DNA of 32,000 bases from Idiomarina loihiensis L2TR. Its GTDB lineage: Bacteria > Pseudomonadota > Gammaproteobacteria > Enterobacterales > Alteromonadaceae. Position 1 is the first letter of the stretch, and each line of letters begins with the position of its first letter. Below the pieces are notes generated by a model. It was not told where the DNA came from. It saw nothing but the letters and a program-made list of their open reading frames with translations, and did no database searches. The position numbers were made by a program, and so were the translations under genes. The stretch is taken from contig NC_006512.1 of assembly GCF_000008465.1 (NCBI RefSeq), forward strand, positions 60,001 to 92,000, read 5' to 3'. Positions 1-8,134 of the stretch are shown here, piece by piece.

Positions 1-264
1 ACTGATCCCAAAGCATTATCGATCTACCTACGGGATGAACGAAGACGTCGCGGCCTGAGTCAAGCTAAGGTTGGTGATTTAGTCGGACTTAGGCAGGGGA
101 CGGTCTCTAAGTTTGAATCAATGCCAGAGAAAATGCAGCTCGATACGTTGTTTCGCTTGCTGTCCGCTTTAGAGCTCGAGCTGGAAGTGAAACCTAAAGG
201 CACCGTTCTGAAGAAGAACGTTGATTCGTCAACGCCTGGTGATGAATGGACTGAGGAGTGGTAA
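1..264 (+). CDS. hipB: HipB-like XRE-family HTH antitoxin, 5'-truncated by the window edge
   Basis: Frame 1 is open from base 1 to the TAA at 262-264. It is absent from the ORF track because no start lies in the window. The translation ...RRRRGLSQAKVGDLVGLRQGTVSKFES...LLSALELELEV...GDEWTEEW has a Cro/C1-type HTH and ends in Trp, like E. coli HipB (...LEW). The stop overlaps the hipA ATG by 1 nt (TAATG). Confidence 0.8.
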   Translation, partial: TDPKALSIYLRDERRRRGLSQAKVGDLVGLRQGTVSKFESMPEKMQLDTLFRLLSALELELEVKPKGTVLKKNVDSSTPGDEWTEEW

Positions 265-1577
265 TGAATACGCTCGACGTCTATATGAACGGCTACCGCG
301 TAGGTCACCTGAGTCGAAATGATTCCGGCGCTCACACATTTCGTTATGATGAGATGTGGATTGATAAAGAGGGTGCACGGCCAATCTCTTTGTCTATGCC
401 CTTACGCCATGACGCTTATTCAGGGCGCGAGGTTATTAACTTTTTTGATAACCTGCTGCCTGACAATGAGGAAGTTAGAGACCGGATTGTTGCCCGTTAT
501 CAAGCCGACTCCGATCAAGCATTTGATCTACTGGCGGCTATTGGGAAAGATAGTGTTGGTGCATTGCAGTTCGTCCCGGCAGGAGAAAAACCAGGGAATA
601 TTCGTGAACTGCGTTATGAAAAACTCACCGAAGAGAAGTTAGAACGTGTTTTAAAAGGCTACCAGTCCAAGGCACCTTTGGGCATGCTTCGGGAGTTGGA
701 TGATTTTAGAATATCAATTGCTGGGGCTCAGGAAAAAACAGCCCTGTTAAAAATAGATGGTGCATGGTGTATTCCAAATGGAAACACGCCGACTACTCAT
801 ATCATTAAACTTCCGATTGGTAAGATTCAAAGCCACGATCACACAATCGATTTAAGTGACAGCGTTGAAAATGAAATGCTCTGCTTAAAAATTGCACGAG
901 CATTCGGTTTTGAAGCACCGGATTGTGAGGTAATTATCACACCAAATGTTAAAGCCCTCGCCATTGAGCGTTTTGATCGTACATATTCAAGTGATCATTC
1001 TTGGTTAATGCGGCTTCCTCAAGAAGATTATTGTCAGGTGCTTGGACTGCCATCTGCGCGAAAGTACGAATCGGATAACGGTCCGTCGATTGCCAGTATT
1101 ATGAAGCATCTTCAAGGGTCTGCTGATTCCACAGGTGATCGTGAGGCTTTCATGGGCGCACAGGTGCTTTTCTTTCTATTAGGCGCCACTGATGGGCACG
1201 GAAAGAATTTCTCTGTGCATATTGAGCCTTATGGGGCTTTCCGTTTAACGCCTTTGTACGACATTATTTCTGCTTATACTGCTGTGGGTGGAACAGGCAT
1301 CAATATTCGCGACTTGAGACTTGCGATGAGCTTGCGAGGGGCGGGGGGTAAAAAGCGGAACATCTATCAAATTTTTAAACGTCATTTTTTAAACGCAGCG
1401 AAAGAAGCTGAATTCAGTCCGACCAGAATGAGTGAAATTATCAACGCCCTGTGTGATCAGGTTGACGATGTTATTGAACGAGTAAAAGGCGATTTACCCA
1501 ATGATTTCCCGACAAGGGTTTCGACACCAATCTTTGATGGTATGCAAGAGCGGAAACGCCGACTACTTATCGAATGA
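264..1577 (+). CDS. hipA: HipA-family serine/threonine kinase toxin (type II TA)
   Basis: ATG at 264 gives MNTLDVYMNGYRVGHL, a typical HipA N-terminus. The track ORF starts 6 nt upstream at a GTG. The P-loop-like SIAGAQEKTALL, catalytic-loop ATDGHGKNFS and TPLYDIIS motifs are all present. Its length (437 aa) matches E. coli HipA, and it sits directly downstream of hipB. Confidence 0.9.
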   Translation: MNTLDVYMNGYRVGHLSRNDSGAHTFRYDEMWIDKEGARPISLSMPLRHDAYSGREVINFFDNLLPDNEEVRDRIVARYQADSDQAFDLLAAIGKDSVGALQFVPAGEKPGNIRELRYEKLTEEKLERVLKGYQSKAPLGMLRELDDFRISIAGAQEKTALLKIDGAWCIPNGNTPTTHIIKLPIGKIQSHDHTIDLSDSVENEMLCLKIARAFGFEAPDCEVIITPNVKALAIERFDRTYSSDHSWLMRLPQEDYCQVLGLPSARKYESDNGPSIASIMKHLQGSADSTGDREAFMGAQVLFFLLGATDGHGKNFSVHIEPYGAFRLTPLYDIISAYTAVGGTGINIRDLRLAMSLRGAGGKKRNIYQIFKRHFLNAAKEAEFSPTRMSEIINALCDQVDDVIERVKGDLPNDFPTRVSTPIFDGMQERKRRLLIE

Positions 1578-1664
1578 GCACTTCCTACTGACTAATGACC
1601 CATTTTGACTTAGTAATAACTTGTGGCAACTTTTGCAGTGGCTTGTTTTGTTCCGTTCTAATGT

Positions 1665-1685
1665 GCGGCTAAACGTCTTAGCCGC
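1665..1685 (+). terminator. Hairpin downstream of hipA (GCGGCTAA-acgtc-TTAGCCGC) with no T-tract
   Basis: Perfect 8-bp stem with a 5-nt loop, about 90 nt after the hipA stop. It is followed by gcaactc, so it is not a canonical intrinsic terminator. Confidence 0.3.
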
Positions 1686-1795
1686 GCAACTCATTAAGTT
1701 ATTGATATAACGATTAAACTCAGTTTCGCACGGTTAACGCGATACTACCCAGTTTCGTAGGTTTTTGCTCCGGAGGCGGGGGGGTAGAAACACTC

Positions 1796-2350
1796 TTAAT
1801 ATAGTAGCGCATCAATCAACCAAGCCGATAGTTGGTTGCGACCACTTAAACCAGACTTAGCATAGACTGACGATGCCTGCTGGCGGACAGTCTTTTCTTT
1901 GGTACTACGGACTTCGGCTATTTCGTTAAAGCTTAACCCTTTGATTAATAACACTGCAACCTCTTGCTCACTGGGAGACAGCTTCCATTGTTTGAACCAA
2001 GATTGTACAGCGGTGTAAGAATCCGGCGATTTATCACGTTCTTTTCCCGGCTCATGGTTCGCTGTACTTTCCTTTTCACGCTGCTGGTGTCGCGATAGCG
2101 CAACTTTTACCTGCTTCAGCTCTTGATTGCGCCGCAATACCCGCCACCACAGTACAATAAATGCCGCAATCGAAATGACCACGGTAATTCCCTCAATGGC
2201 CAAGTGCCAGGTTGCCACTTGCATATGGTAATCGGCTACCACGTCAGAGACGTTAGCAAACGCAATTAATAAAAATATCACCATTAATAGTCGGTCAATT
2301 GTCATAAATCCCCCATAAACTACTACGCTTAGGACATCCGCCCGATGCAT
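1796..2350 (-). CDS. Membrane-anchored LuxR/GerE-family HTH transcriptional regulator (two predicted N-terminal TM helices)
   Basis: The C-terminus LSPSEQEVAVLLIKGLSFNEIAEVRSTKEKTVRQQASSVYAKSGLSGRNQL is a GerE/LuxR-type HTH. The N-terminus has two hydrophobic segments (LLMVIFLLIAFANV and ITVVISIAAFIVLWW) flanking a short loop, SDVVADYHMQVATWH. An alternative start at ATG 2305 (MTIDRLL...) would leave a more realistic divergent promoter gap. Confidence 0.8.
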   Translation of the reverse strand: MHRADVLSVVVYGGFMTIDRLLMVIFLLIAFANVSDVVADYHMQVATWHLAIEGITVVISIAAFIVLWWRVLRRNQELKQVKVALSRHQQREKESTANHEPGKERDKSPDSYTAVQSWFKQWKLSPSEQEVAVLLIKGLSFNEIAEVRSTKEKTVRQQASSVYAKSGLSGRNQLSAWLIDALLY

Positions 2351-2403
2351 TAACGCCTTAAAAACCTTAATGTCTACAACGATATTAACCGATGGAGGCT
2401 TTG

Positions 2404-3600
2404 ATGTCTTTGCTCCGCGCTACCTCTGGTAAATTATTTTTCAGCCTATTGGCAAGTACATTTTTTTTGCTAAGCCCTTTGGCTAAGGGCGATAACCTAT
2501 CGCAGCAAACATTGCTGGAATCCGTTGTTGAACGGCTCAAAACAGATGGTCTTCTTATCGATACCGATTTTAGCCAGCGCCAATGGTTGTCTGCGACGCC
2601 ACGGTTATCCCTCATGCATTGGCAGACTAACGATGATGCTATTGGCTCAAACGAAACAGAGCTGGTATTAGAGCTGGAATTTTTATCCCCCGAGCAGCGC
2701 AAATTAATTAACAACTCTGAAAAACTAGTTGAACGCTACCAACAGCTTCAACAACGTCAGCTAGAGTTAACCGCCAGCGGCGTCATACGAGAGCTTTTCT
2801 GGCAAGCTAAGCGCCTGCAGGCTGAACTGGCTTATGCCGAAAAAGTTACCAATCAATTAAATCAGCTCCAGCGCCAGACTCAGTCGTTAGTGGCAGCCGG
2901 TGAACGCCCAGTTTATGCCGGTATTATAGTGAAGCAACAACACCAACGTTCGCTTAGCCAGGTTGCAGAAAAGCAAATAGCCTTGCAGCAGCTCGAGCGT
3001 GTATGGCAGCAACTGACCGGCGTTAATAACGTGCCACAGTCGCTACAGGAATCTGTTCGTCCACACGCCTCAACGGCAGCGCATCCAGCATTACAAACCC
3101 TTCAGTTGCAATGGCAATTAGCGCTAAATGCTACGCAACAGACCGTTGCTGTGCAAAAAAGCTGGGGCATTAACGCGGGCTATAAATACATTGACGCGCC
3201 CAACCAAAGTGAAAACCAATGGGGACTAGGCTTTAGTCTTCCGCTCGATTTTTCACAATCACTGAATGCTAGTGAACTTGTTGCGTTGCAACAGCAACAA
3301 AGCGAGCTTAACCAGTCACTCCGGCAGACTCAAATCCGCCTTGAACTCGACATGGCTAACGCGCAAAGCCAGTTAGAGCAATTGAAACAAAAGCACCAAA
3401 CTGACCGTCAAAACGCCGAGTTAAGCCACAACGCCATCGAGCAGCTCGACAACCTATATGAACAAGGTCAAATTGACACTCGCTTGTATATCGAGAGATT
3501 ACTTGAGCAGTTGTCCTATCAGCAAGCGGCGCAGCTAAGCCAGATAGAGCTACAGCTGGCAAATGCCTTATTAAACCAAGCACAGGGAATGACTTTATGA
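2404..3600 (+). CDS. TolC/CzcC-like outer-membrane efflux factor
   Basis: A GGAGG at 2394-2398 sits 5 nt before the ATG at 2404; the track ORF starts at 2392. It has a signal-peptide-like N-terminus (LFFSLLASTFFLLSPLAKG) followed by long Q/L-rich coiled-coil-type sequence typical of outer-membrane factors. Its stop overlaps the next gene's start (ATGA at 3597-3600). Confidence 0.75.
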   Translation: MSLLRATSGKLFFSLLASTFFLLSPLAKGDNLSQQTLLESVVERLKTDGLLIDTDFSQRQWLSATPRLSLMHWQTNDDAIGSNETELVLELEFLSPEQRKLINNSEKLVERYQQLQQRQLELTASGVIRELFWQAKRLQAELAYAEKVTNQLNQLQRQTQSLVAAGERPVYAGIIVKQQHQRSLSQVAEKQIALQQLERVWQQLTGVNNVPQSLQESVRPHASTAAHPALQTLQLQWQLALNATQQTVAVQKSWGINAGYKYIDAPNQSENQWGLGFSLPLDFSQSLNASELVALQQQQSELNQSLRQTQIRLELDMANAQSQLEQLKQKHQTDRQNAELSHNAIEQLDNLYEQGQIDTRLYIERLLEQLSYQQAAQLSQIELQLANALLNQAQGMTL

Positions 3601-4637
3601 AACGCTGTAACCTATCTCGTCTAGCCGCTACTCTTAGTCCCATAGTTAGTGTCATCGCACTTGCTTTGTCAGGGCTTGCGACAACAACGACTGTGTTAGC
3701 GGCGCAATCAATTTCTGTCGAGCAGGTAAGTAACTACGATTTACGTCCGCAAGCGGCAGTGAATGTAGATAACGTAGCTTTTGCACCGGTCACAGGAAGT
3801 TACCAGACGACCCCAGGCAGTGTTTTAACTCTGCCCAACCCGTTTGAAAACGCAGCAGTAGACTATCAAGTTGTTGATGGGCAGGCAGTGGAATCCGGTA
3901 CCCTTATTGCGCAACTACATGGCCCCTCGGTAGAACACTTTTTTCACCGTGTTGAAACACTACAAGAGCAGTACGATGTTGCCGCTAAGCAGTATCAGAG
4001 CAAAAAGAAGTTATACCAAAACAATGCCATTGCCGCCGATGAGTGGCAGCAGTTTCTAACGCAATACATTAGCCTGAATGACACCTTGCACGAAATTAAC
4101 GTGGTCCTGCGGCGGGTAAAACAAACCGCTGAGCAGTCTGCACAACTCATCGCAACAGAGCCAGGAGTGTGGCGGACCAGCAGTAATGGGCAACAGCTGG
4201 GTACGCTAATCGCTCATGCGCGTTTAGCCATCGTTGCCGAGGTACCGATAGAACAGGCAAAACGTATCTCGAGTCTAAACATTAACGGCCAAAAGCTGCG
4301 GGTGAGCCAACGCGAACAAACCGTGCGTAATGGCTTTGTACGAATTTGGAGTGAGCCACCACAGGACATCAACTGGACCATCGGTCAACGCGTTAACGTT
4401 GTACCCCAGGCAGCAATAGAAAATGCTTATCTTCTGCCGGCCAGTGCCATTGCCACACTGCAGGATCAACCCATTATCTTTAGCATAGAAAATGCGACAA
4501 TTAACGCTGTGCCTATCGAACTATTAAGCTTAAGCGGCGAGCATTACTTTGTGCAATCAACTACACCTCTGAACATCATTGCAACGCATTCTGTCGCAGC
4601 ACTCAAGGTTATCGCAGAAGACGAGGAGGCGCAGTAA
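3597..4637 (+). CDS. Efflux RND periplasmic adaptor (membrane fusion protein, HlyD/CzcB-like)
   Basis: N-terminal membrane anchor or signal sequence, a lipoyl-like VVDGQAVESGTLIAQL segment, and an alpha-hairpin-type region (LQEQYDVAAKQYQSKKKLYQ...). It lies between the OMF and the RND pump with overlapping stop/start codons on both sides (ATGA at 3597, TAATG at 4635-4639). Confidence 0.8.
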   Translation: MKRCNLSRLAATLSPIVSVIALALSGLATTTTVLAAQSISVEQVSNYDLRPQAAVNVDNVAFAPVTGSYQTTPGSVLTLPNPFENAAVDYQVVDGQAVESGTLIAQLHGPSVEHFFHRVETLQEQYDVAAKQYQSKKKLYQNNAIAADEWQQFLTQYISLNDTLHEINVVLRRVKQTAEQSAQLIATEPGVWRTSSNGQQLGTLIAHARLAIVAEVPIEQAKRISSLNINGQKLRVSQREQTVRNGFVRIWSEPPQDINWTIGQRVNVVPQAAIENAYLLPASAIATLQDQPIIFSIENATINAVPIELLSLSGEHYFVQSTTPLNIIATHSVAALKVIAEDEEAQ

Positions 4638-7600
4638 TGATTAGCCGCATACTGAGCTTTTCGTTAAAAAATCGTCTGTTTGTTTTTATTACTTTTCTGC
4701 TGTTAATAGCGGCCGGTATCCAGTCGCTTCGCCAACTACCGGTGGATGCTTTCCCGGAGATTTCACCGACTCAGGTTAACGTCATCTTACGCGCCCCCGG
4801 TATGGCTGCCGAACGGGTAGAAAACCAGGTAACTCACCCGTTAGAAACCGAATTGTTGGGTATACCGAATCAAACCATTCTGCGCTCAACCACCAAGTAC
4901 GGTATTACCTCGATAACCCTCGACTTTGACGAAGGCACCGATATTTATTGGGCGCGCCAACAAGTTGCGGAAAAACTCGCCGCCGTCAGTAAAGACCTGC
5001 CGGACGGTATTCAAGGCGGTATGGCACCGATGAGCACGCCATTAAGCGAAATGTTTATGTTTACGATAGAAAATCCCGGCATGAACCTGGAGCAAAAGCG
5101 TCACCTGCTAGATTGGGTGATTCGGCCGACACTACGCACGGTTGAAGGGGTAGCAGATGTCACTAATTTAGGCGGTAAAGTCAGAACCTTTCAGTTTACT
5201 CCGTCGGCGTCAAAATTAAGTGATGCTGGCATTTCGCTACAAACTATTAAGGATGCATTGGCTGATGCCAACCAAGTCGGTAATTTAGGTCGCATCACCC
5301 AAGGTACCGAAACTTTTAGCGCACGGGTTACCGGACGTATTGTCGCGCTTGACGACCTGGCGGCCATTAGCGTGACGAATCAATACCAGCAAGTGTATCG
5401 ACTAGACCAACTGGGTGATGTTGCGCTCAGTTACCTGCCGCGCTTTGGCGCGATTACCAAGGATGGTGAAGAAGCCGTAGAAGGCCTGGTGGTTGGATTA
5501 AAAGGAGCTAATGCCGCTGCGGTGGTTGAAGCGGTAGAGCAAAAACTGGCACAAATAAAGCCTAGCCTGCCAAAAGACACTGACATTAACGTGTTCTATA
5601 ATCGTAAAGGCCTTATTGACACGGCTATAGCTGGAATCTCTGATGCGCTGATGCAGTCCATCGTGTTAGTTATAGCGGTACTGGTTTTCTTTTTACGTAA
5701 TGTTCGTGCGTCAATTTTGGTCTCGTTATCGATCCCCGTGGCGGCGCTGATCACCTTTATTTGCCTGCAATTACTCGGTTTATCGGCGAACTTGATGAGT
5801 TTAGGCGGGTTAGTTATTGCTATCGGTATGATTGTTGACTCGTCGGTAGTGATCACCGAAAAAATCGAGACCGAGTTAAACTCACAAAAACAGTTACCCT
5901 TGCTGCACAAAATTTACCGTGCCAGCCTGTCCGTGGCGCCCTCTGTAGTTAGCGGCACTGTGATCATTATTTTGGTGTTTTTACCTCTACTCACGCTGAC
6001 TGGCCTGGAAGGTAAGTTATTTTCACCGGTCGCCTTGACCATTGTTATAGCAATCACCGCCGCTTTAGTGACTTCGCTGACGCTAATCCCTGCTTTAGGC
6101 TCTTTACTAATGCGACCCAAAGCTCGCCGCAATAAATCGCTTGAGCGTATGCAAGCGTGCTATCAGCGTATATTATCCGGCGCAATTAAACGTCGCAGTG
6201 CCACACTGATGGGCTTTGCGGGAGTGCTCGCCTTAAGCGTAGTCAGCTTTATCATGGTCGGTAAAATCTTTATGCCTACCATGGATGAAGGCGACATTAT
6301 CGTGCAACTGGAAAAGTCACCGACCATTTCTTTACAAGAATCGATAGAACTGGATACACAGGTTGAGCGTGAACTACTCGCTAAGATCCCGGAGATCAAG
6401 CAAATCGTTGCCCGTACCGGCTCAGATGAACTCGGTTTAGACCCCATGGGTTTAAACGAAACCGATGTGTTCATGGAGCTTAACCCTAAAGACAGCTGGC
6501 GTTTTGATAGCAAACAAGAACTGATTGATGCCATTCGCGAAGTGGTTTCAGGCTATCCTGGCATGAACGTTAACGTTACCCAACCTATTCAAATGCGCAT
6601 TTCTGAAATGCTAACCGGCAGTAGTGGCGACGTCTCGATTAAAGTGTTTGGTGATGACATGAATACCCTTGCCAATGTCACCGATAGGGTAGTTGAGCAA
6701 GCCAAACAAGTGCAAGGCGCGGTCGACGTTCAGGCAAGTGTTATTACTGGCGCACGCTTTTTAAGTATTGTCCCGAATATGCAGCAACTGCGCTTTTATG
6801 GCGTCACGAAACAAAACTTTAGTGAATTTATTCTTTCACAACTCAGCGGCTTTCCGGTCAGCGAAGCCGTGAATGGACGTATTCGCACACCGATTGTCAT
6901 GGGTTCGCAAAAACCTGCGGGCAATTATCACTCTGTCAGCAACATCGAGTCCTTGCCAATTGTCACCGACAACGGCGAAACCGTCGCACTGCAGCAACTT
7001 GCCGAGATCACCTTCGAGCACGGTCCGGCGATTATCGAGCGTGAAAATTCTAACCGTTACGCGTTAATCACCAGCAATGTTGAAAACCGCGATGTCGTTG
7101 GTTTTGTTAATGAACTACAGCAACGTGTCAGCGCCAACGTAAACCTTGATCCGGGCTATTTTATTGAGTACGGAGGTGAGTTCGAAAACCAGGCGCGGGC
7201 CAGTGCTAATTTGTTAATGGTTATCCCTGTCGCTTTGCTGTTAATCGTTATCTTACTGTTTAGCTCGATGGGCTCGATTGGCCTGACAACGATTGTGCTG
7301 ACGAATATTCCGTTTGCCCTGAGTGGCGGGGCAATTTCGCTCTGGCTAAGCGGTGAGTACATGTCTGTTCCGGCATCGGTCGGTTTTATTGCTTTGATGG
7401 GCGTTGCCATACTTAACGGTATCGTCATGGTAAGCCACTTCGAGCAGACTCGAGTTCATTTCTCCGACTTTAAAACCTTAGTAATTGAAGGAGCTAAAGA
7501 CCGTCTGCGGCCGGTCTTAATTACAGCCATTACCGCTATTTTTGGCCTGATTCCGCTGTTAATGTCCAGTGGTCCCGGCTCAGAAGTGCAAAAGCCTCTG

Positions 7601-7705
7601 GCGGTTGTGGTTATAGGTGGGCTGATAACGGCAACGCTGGCCACCCTGCTGTTGCTGCCTATTTTATACTTACTCGTAAACAGGAAAGCTCGTGATGTCC
7701 AATAA
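4637..7705 (+). CDS. CzcA/CusA-family heavy-metal-type RND efflux permease
   Basis: 1022 aa. The N-terminus (MISRILSFSLKNRLFVFITFLLL...LPVDAFPEISPTQVNV) is characteristic of the CzcA/CusA (HME) RND family. It shows 12-TM-type hydrophobic blocks and two large periplasmic loops. The TM4 motif is AIGMIVDSSVVITEK. Confidence 0.95.
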   Translation: MISRILSFSLKNRLFVFITFLLLIAAGIQSLRQLPVDAFPEISPTQVNVILRAPGMAAERVENQVTHPLETELLGIPNQTILRSTTKYGITSITLDFDEGTDIYWARQQVAEKLAAVSKDLPDGIQGGMAPMSTPLSEMFMFTIENPGMNLEQKRHLLDWVIRPTLRTVEGVADVTNLGGKVRTFQFTPSASKLSDAGISLQTIKDALADANQVGNLGRITQGTETFSARVTGRIVALDDLAAISVTNQYQQVYRLDQLGDVALSYLPRFGAITKDGEEAVEGLVVGLKGANAAAVVEAVEQKLAQIKPSLPKDTDINVFYNRKGLIDTAIAGISDALMQSIVLVIAVLVFFLRNVRASILVSLSIPVAALITFICLQLLGLSANLMSLGGLVIAIGMIVDSSVVITEKIETELNSQKQLPLLHKIYRASLSVAPSVVSGTVIIILVFLPLLTLTGLEGKLFSPVALTIVIAITAALVTSLTLIPALGSLLMRPKARRNKSLERMQACYQRILSGAIKRRSATLMGFAGVLALSVVSFIMVGKIFMPTMDEGDIIVQLEKSPTISLQESIELDTQVERELLAKIPEIKQIVARTGSDELGLDPMGLNETDVFMELNPKDSWRFDSKQELIDAIREVVSGYPGMNVNVTQPIQMRISEMLTGSSGDVSIKVFGDDMNTLANVTDRVVEQAKQVQGAVDVQASVITGARFLSIVPNMQQLRFYGVTKQNFSEFILSQLSGFPVSEAVNGRIRTPIVMGSQKPAGNYHSVSNIESLPIVTDNGETVALQQLAEITFEHGPAIIERENSNRYALITSNVENRDVVGFVNELQQRVSANVNLDPGYFIEYGGEFENQARASANLLMVIPVALLLIVILLFSSMGSIGLTTIVLTNIPFALSGGAISLWLSGEYMSVPASVGFIALMGVAILNGIVMVSHFEQTRVHFSDFKTLVIEGAKDRLRPVLITAITAIFGLIPLLMSSGPGSEVQKPLAVVVIGGLITATLATLLLLPILYLLVNRKARDVQ

Positions 7706-8003
7706 GTTGTTAAAACTCTATTTTAGCCGCGAACAAAAAGCCGATTTGGTCGACTGCCTGATTCAACTCGACTATTTAAGCGGCTTTAGCCTTTATGACA
7801 TTGACGGTTTTAGTCGCAATCACGAACGTTTTGATATCGGCGAGCAAATTCGTGGCGCACGCCGGATGATGATGGCTGAAGTAATTTGTGCTGCTGATGA
7901 TGTAACCCGTATTCGTGAGGCTTTATCGCAGCTAAACTTCAAAGAGCCAGTCCGCTACGTGATGCAGTCAGTAGAGGATGTTGGACATAGTGATTATATC
8001 TAA
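7695..8003 (+). CDS. DUF3240-family small protein (RND-operon associated)
   Basis: The ATG at 7695 overlaps the last 11 nt of the RND gene. The 102-aa product (MSNKLLKLYFSREQKADLVDCLIQLDYLSGFSLYDIDGFS...) matches my recollection of the DUF3240 family, which commonly follows czcA-like genes. Confidence 0.75.
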   Translation: MSNKLLKLYFSREQKADLVDCLIQLDYLSGFSLYDIDGFSRNHERFDIGEQIRGARRMMMAEVICAADDVTRIREALSQLNFKEPVRYVMQSVEDVGHSDYI

Positions 8004-8021
8004 CCTATTTTGTTGGAACAG

Positions 8022-8039
8022 GGGGGGAGATCTCTCCCC
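8022..8039 (+). terminator. GC-rich hairpin after the RND operon
   Basis: GGGGGGA-gatc-TCTCCCC forms a 7-bp stem including one G-U pair, centred on AGATCT, 19 nt after the DUF3240 stop. Only a weak T-rich tail (tgatgtttctg) follows. Confidence 0.35.
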
Positions 8040-8134
8040 TGATGTTTCTGCGATGCCTTTCAAATTAAGGGTAAGTTATCGCGCGATTTATGTTGGGCTT
8101 GTTAAGCCGCTACTAAAACTCATGAGTATCTTAT

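Noticed and set aside
258-642. Upstream GTG start for hipA (258) and an overlapping 107-aa ORF (319-642)
   Set aside because: The ATG at 264 gives the canonical HipA N-terminus and the classic 1-nt TAATG coupling with hipB. The 107-aa ORF is an out-of-frame shadow within hipA.
1-1795. hipBA as part of a mobile genomic island
   Set aside because: No integrase, transposase, tRNA or flanking direct repeats are visible within the window. The only support is the TA module itself and a 218-bp non-coding gap. I kept this as a question under the hipBA finding rather than as a claim.
5596-7644. Series of minus-strand ORFs (5596-5910, 5914-6132, 6163-6534, 6836-7021, 7156-7428, 7456-7644) inside the RND pump gene
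   Set aside because: All lie antisense within a confidently identified 1022-aa RND gene. Their translations are low-complexity (S/I/T-rich mirror images of TM codons), with no RBS or family resemblance. These are typical shadow ORFs.
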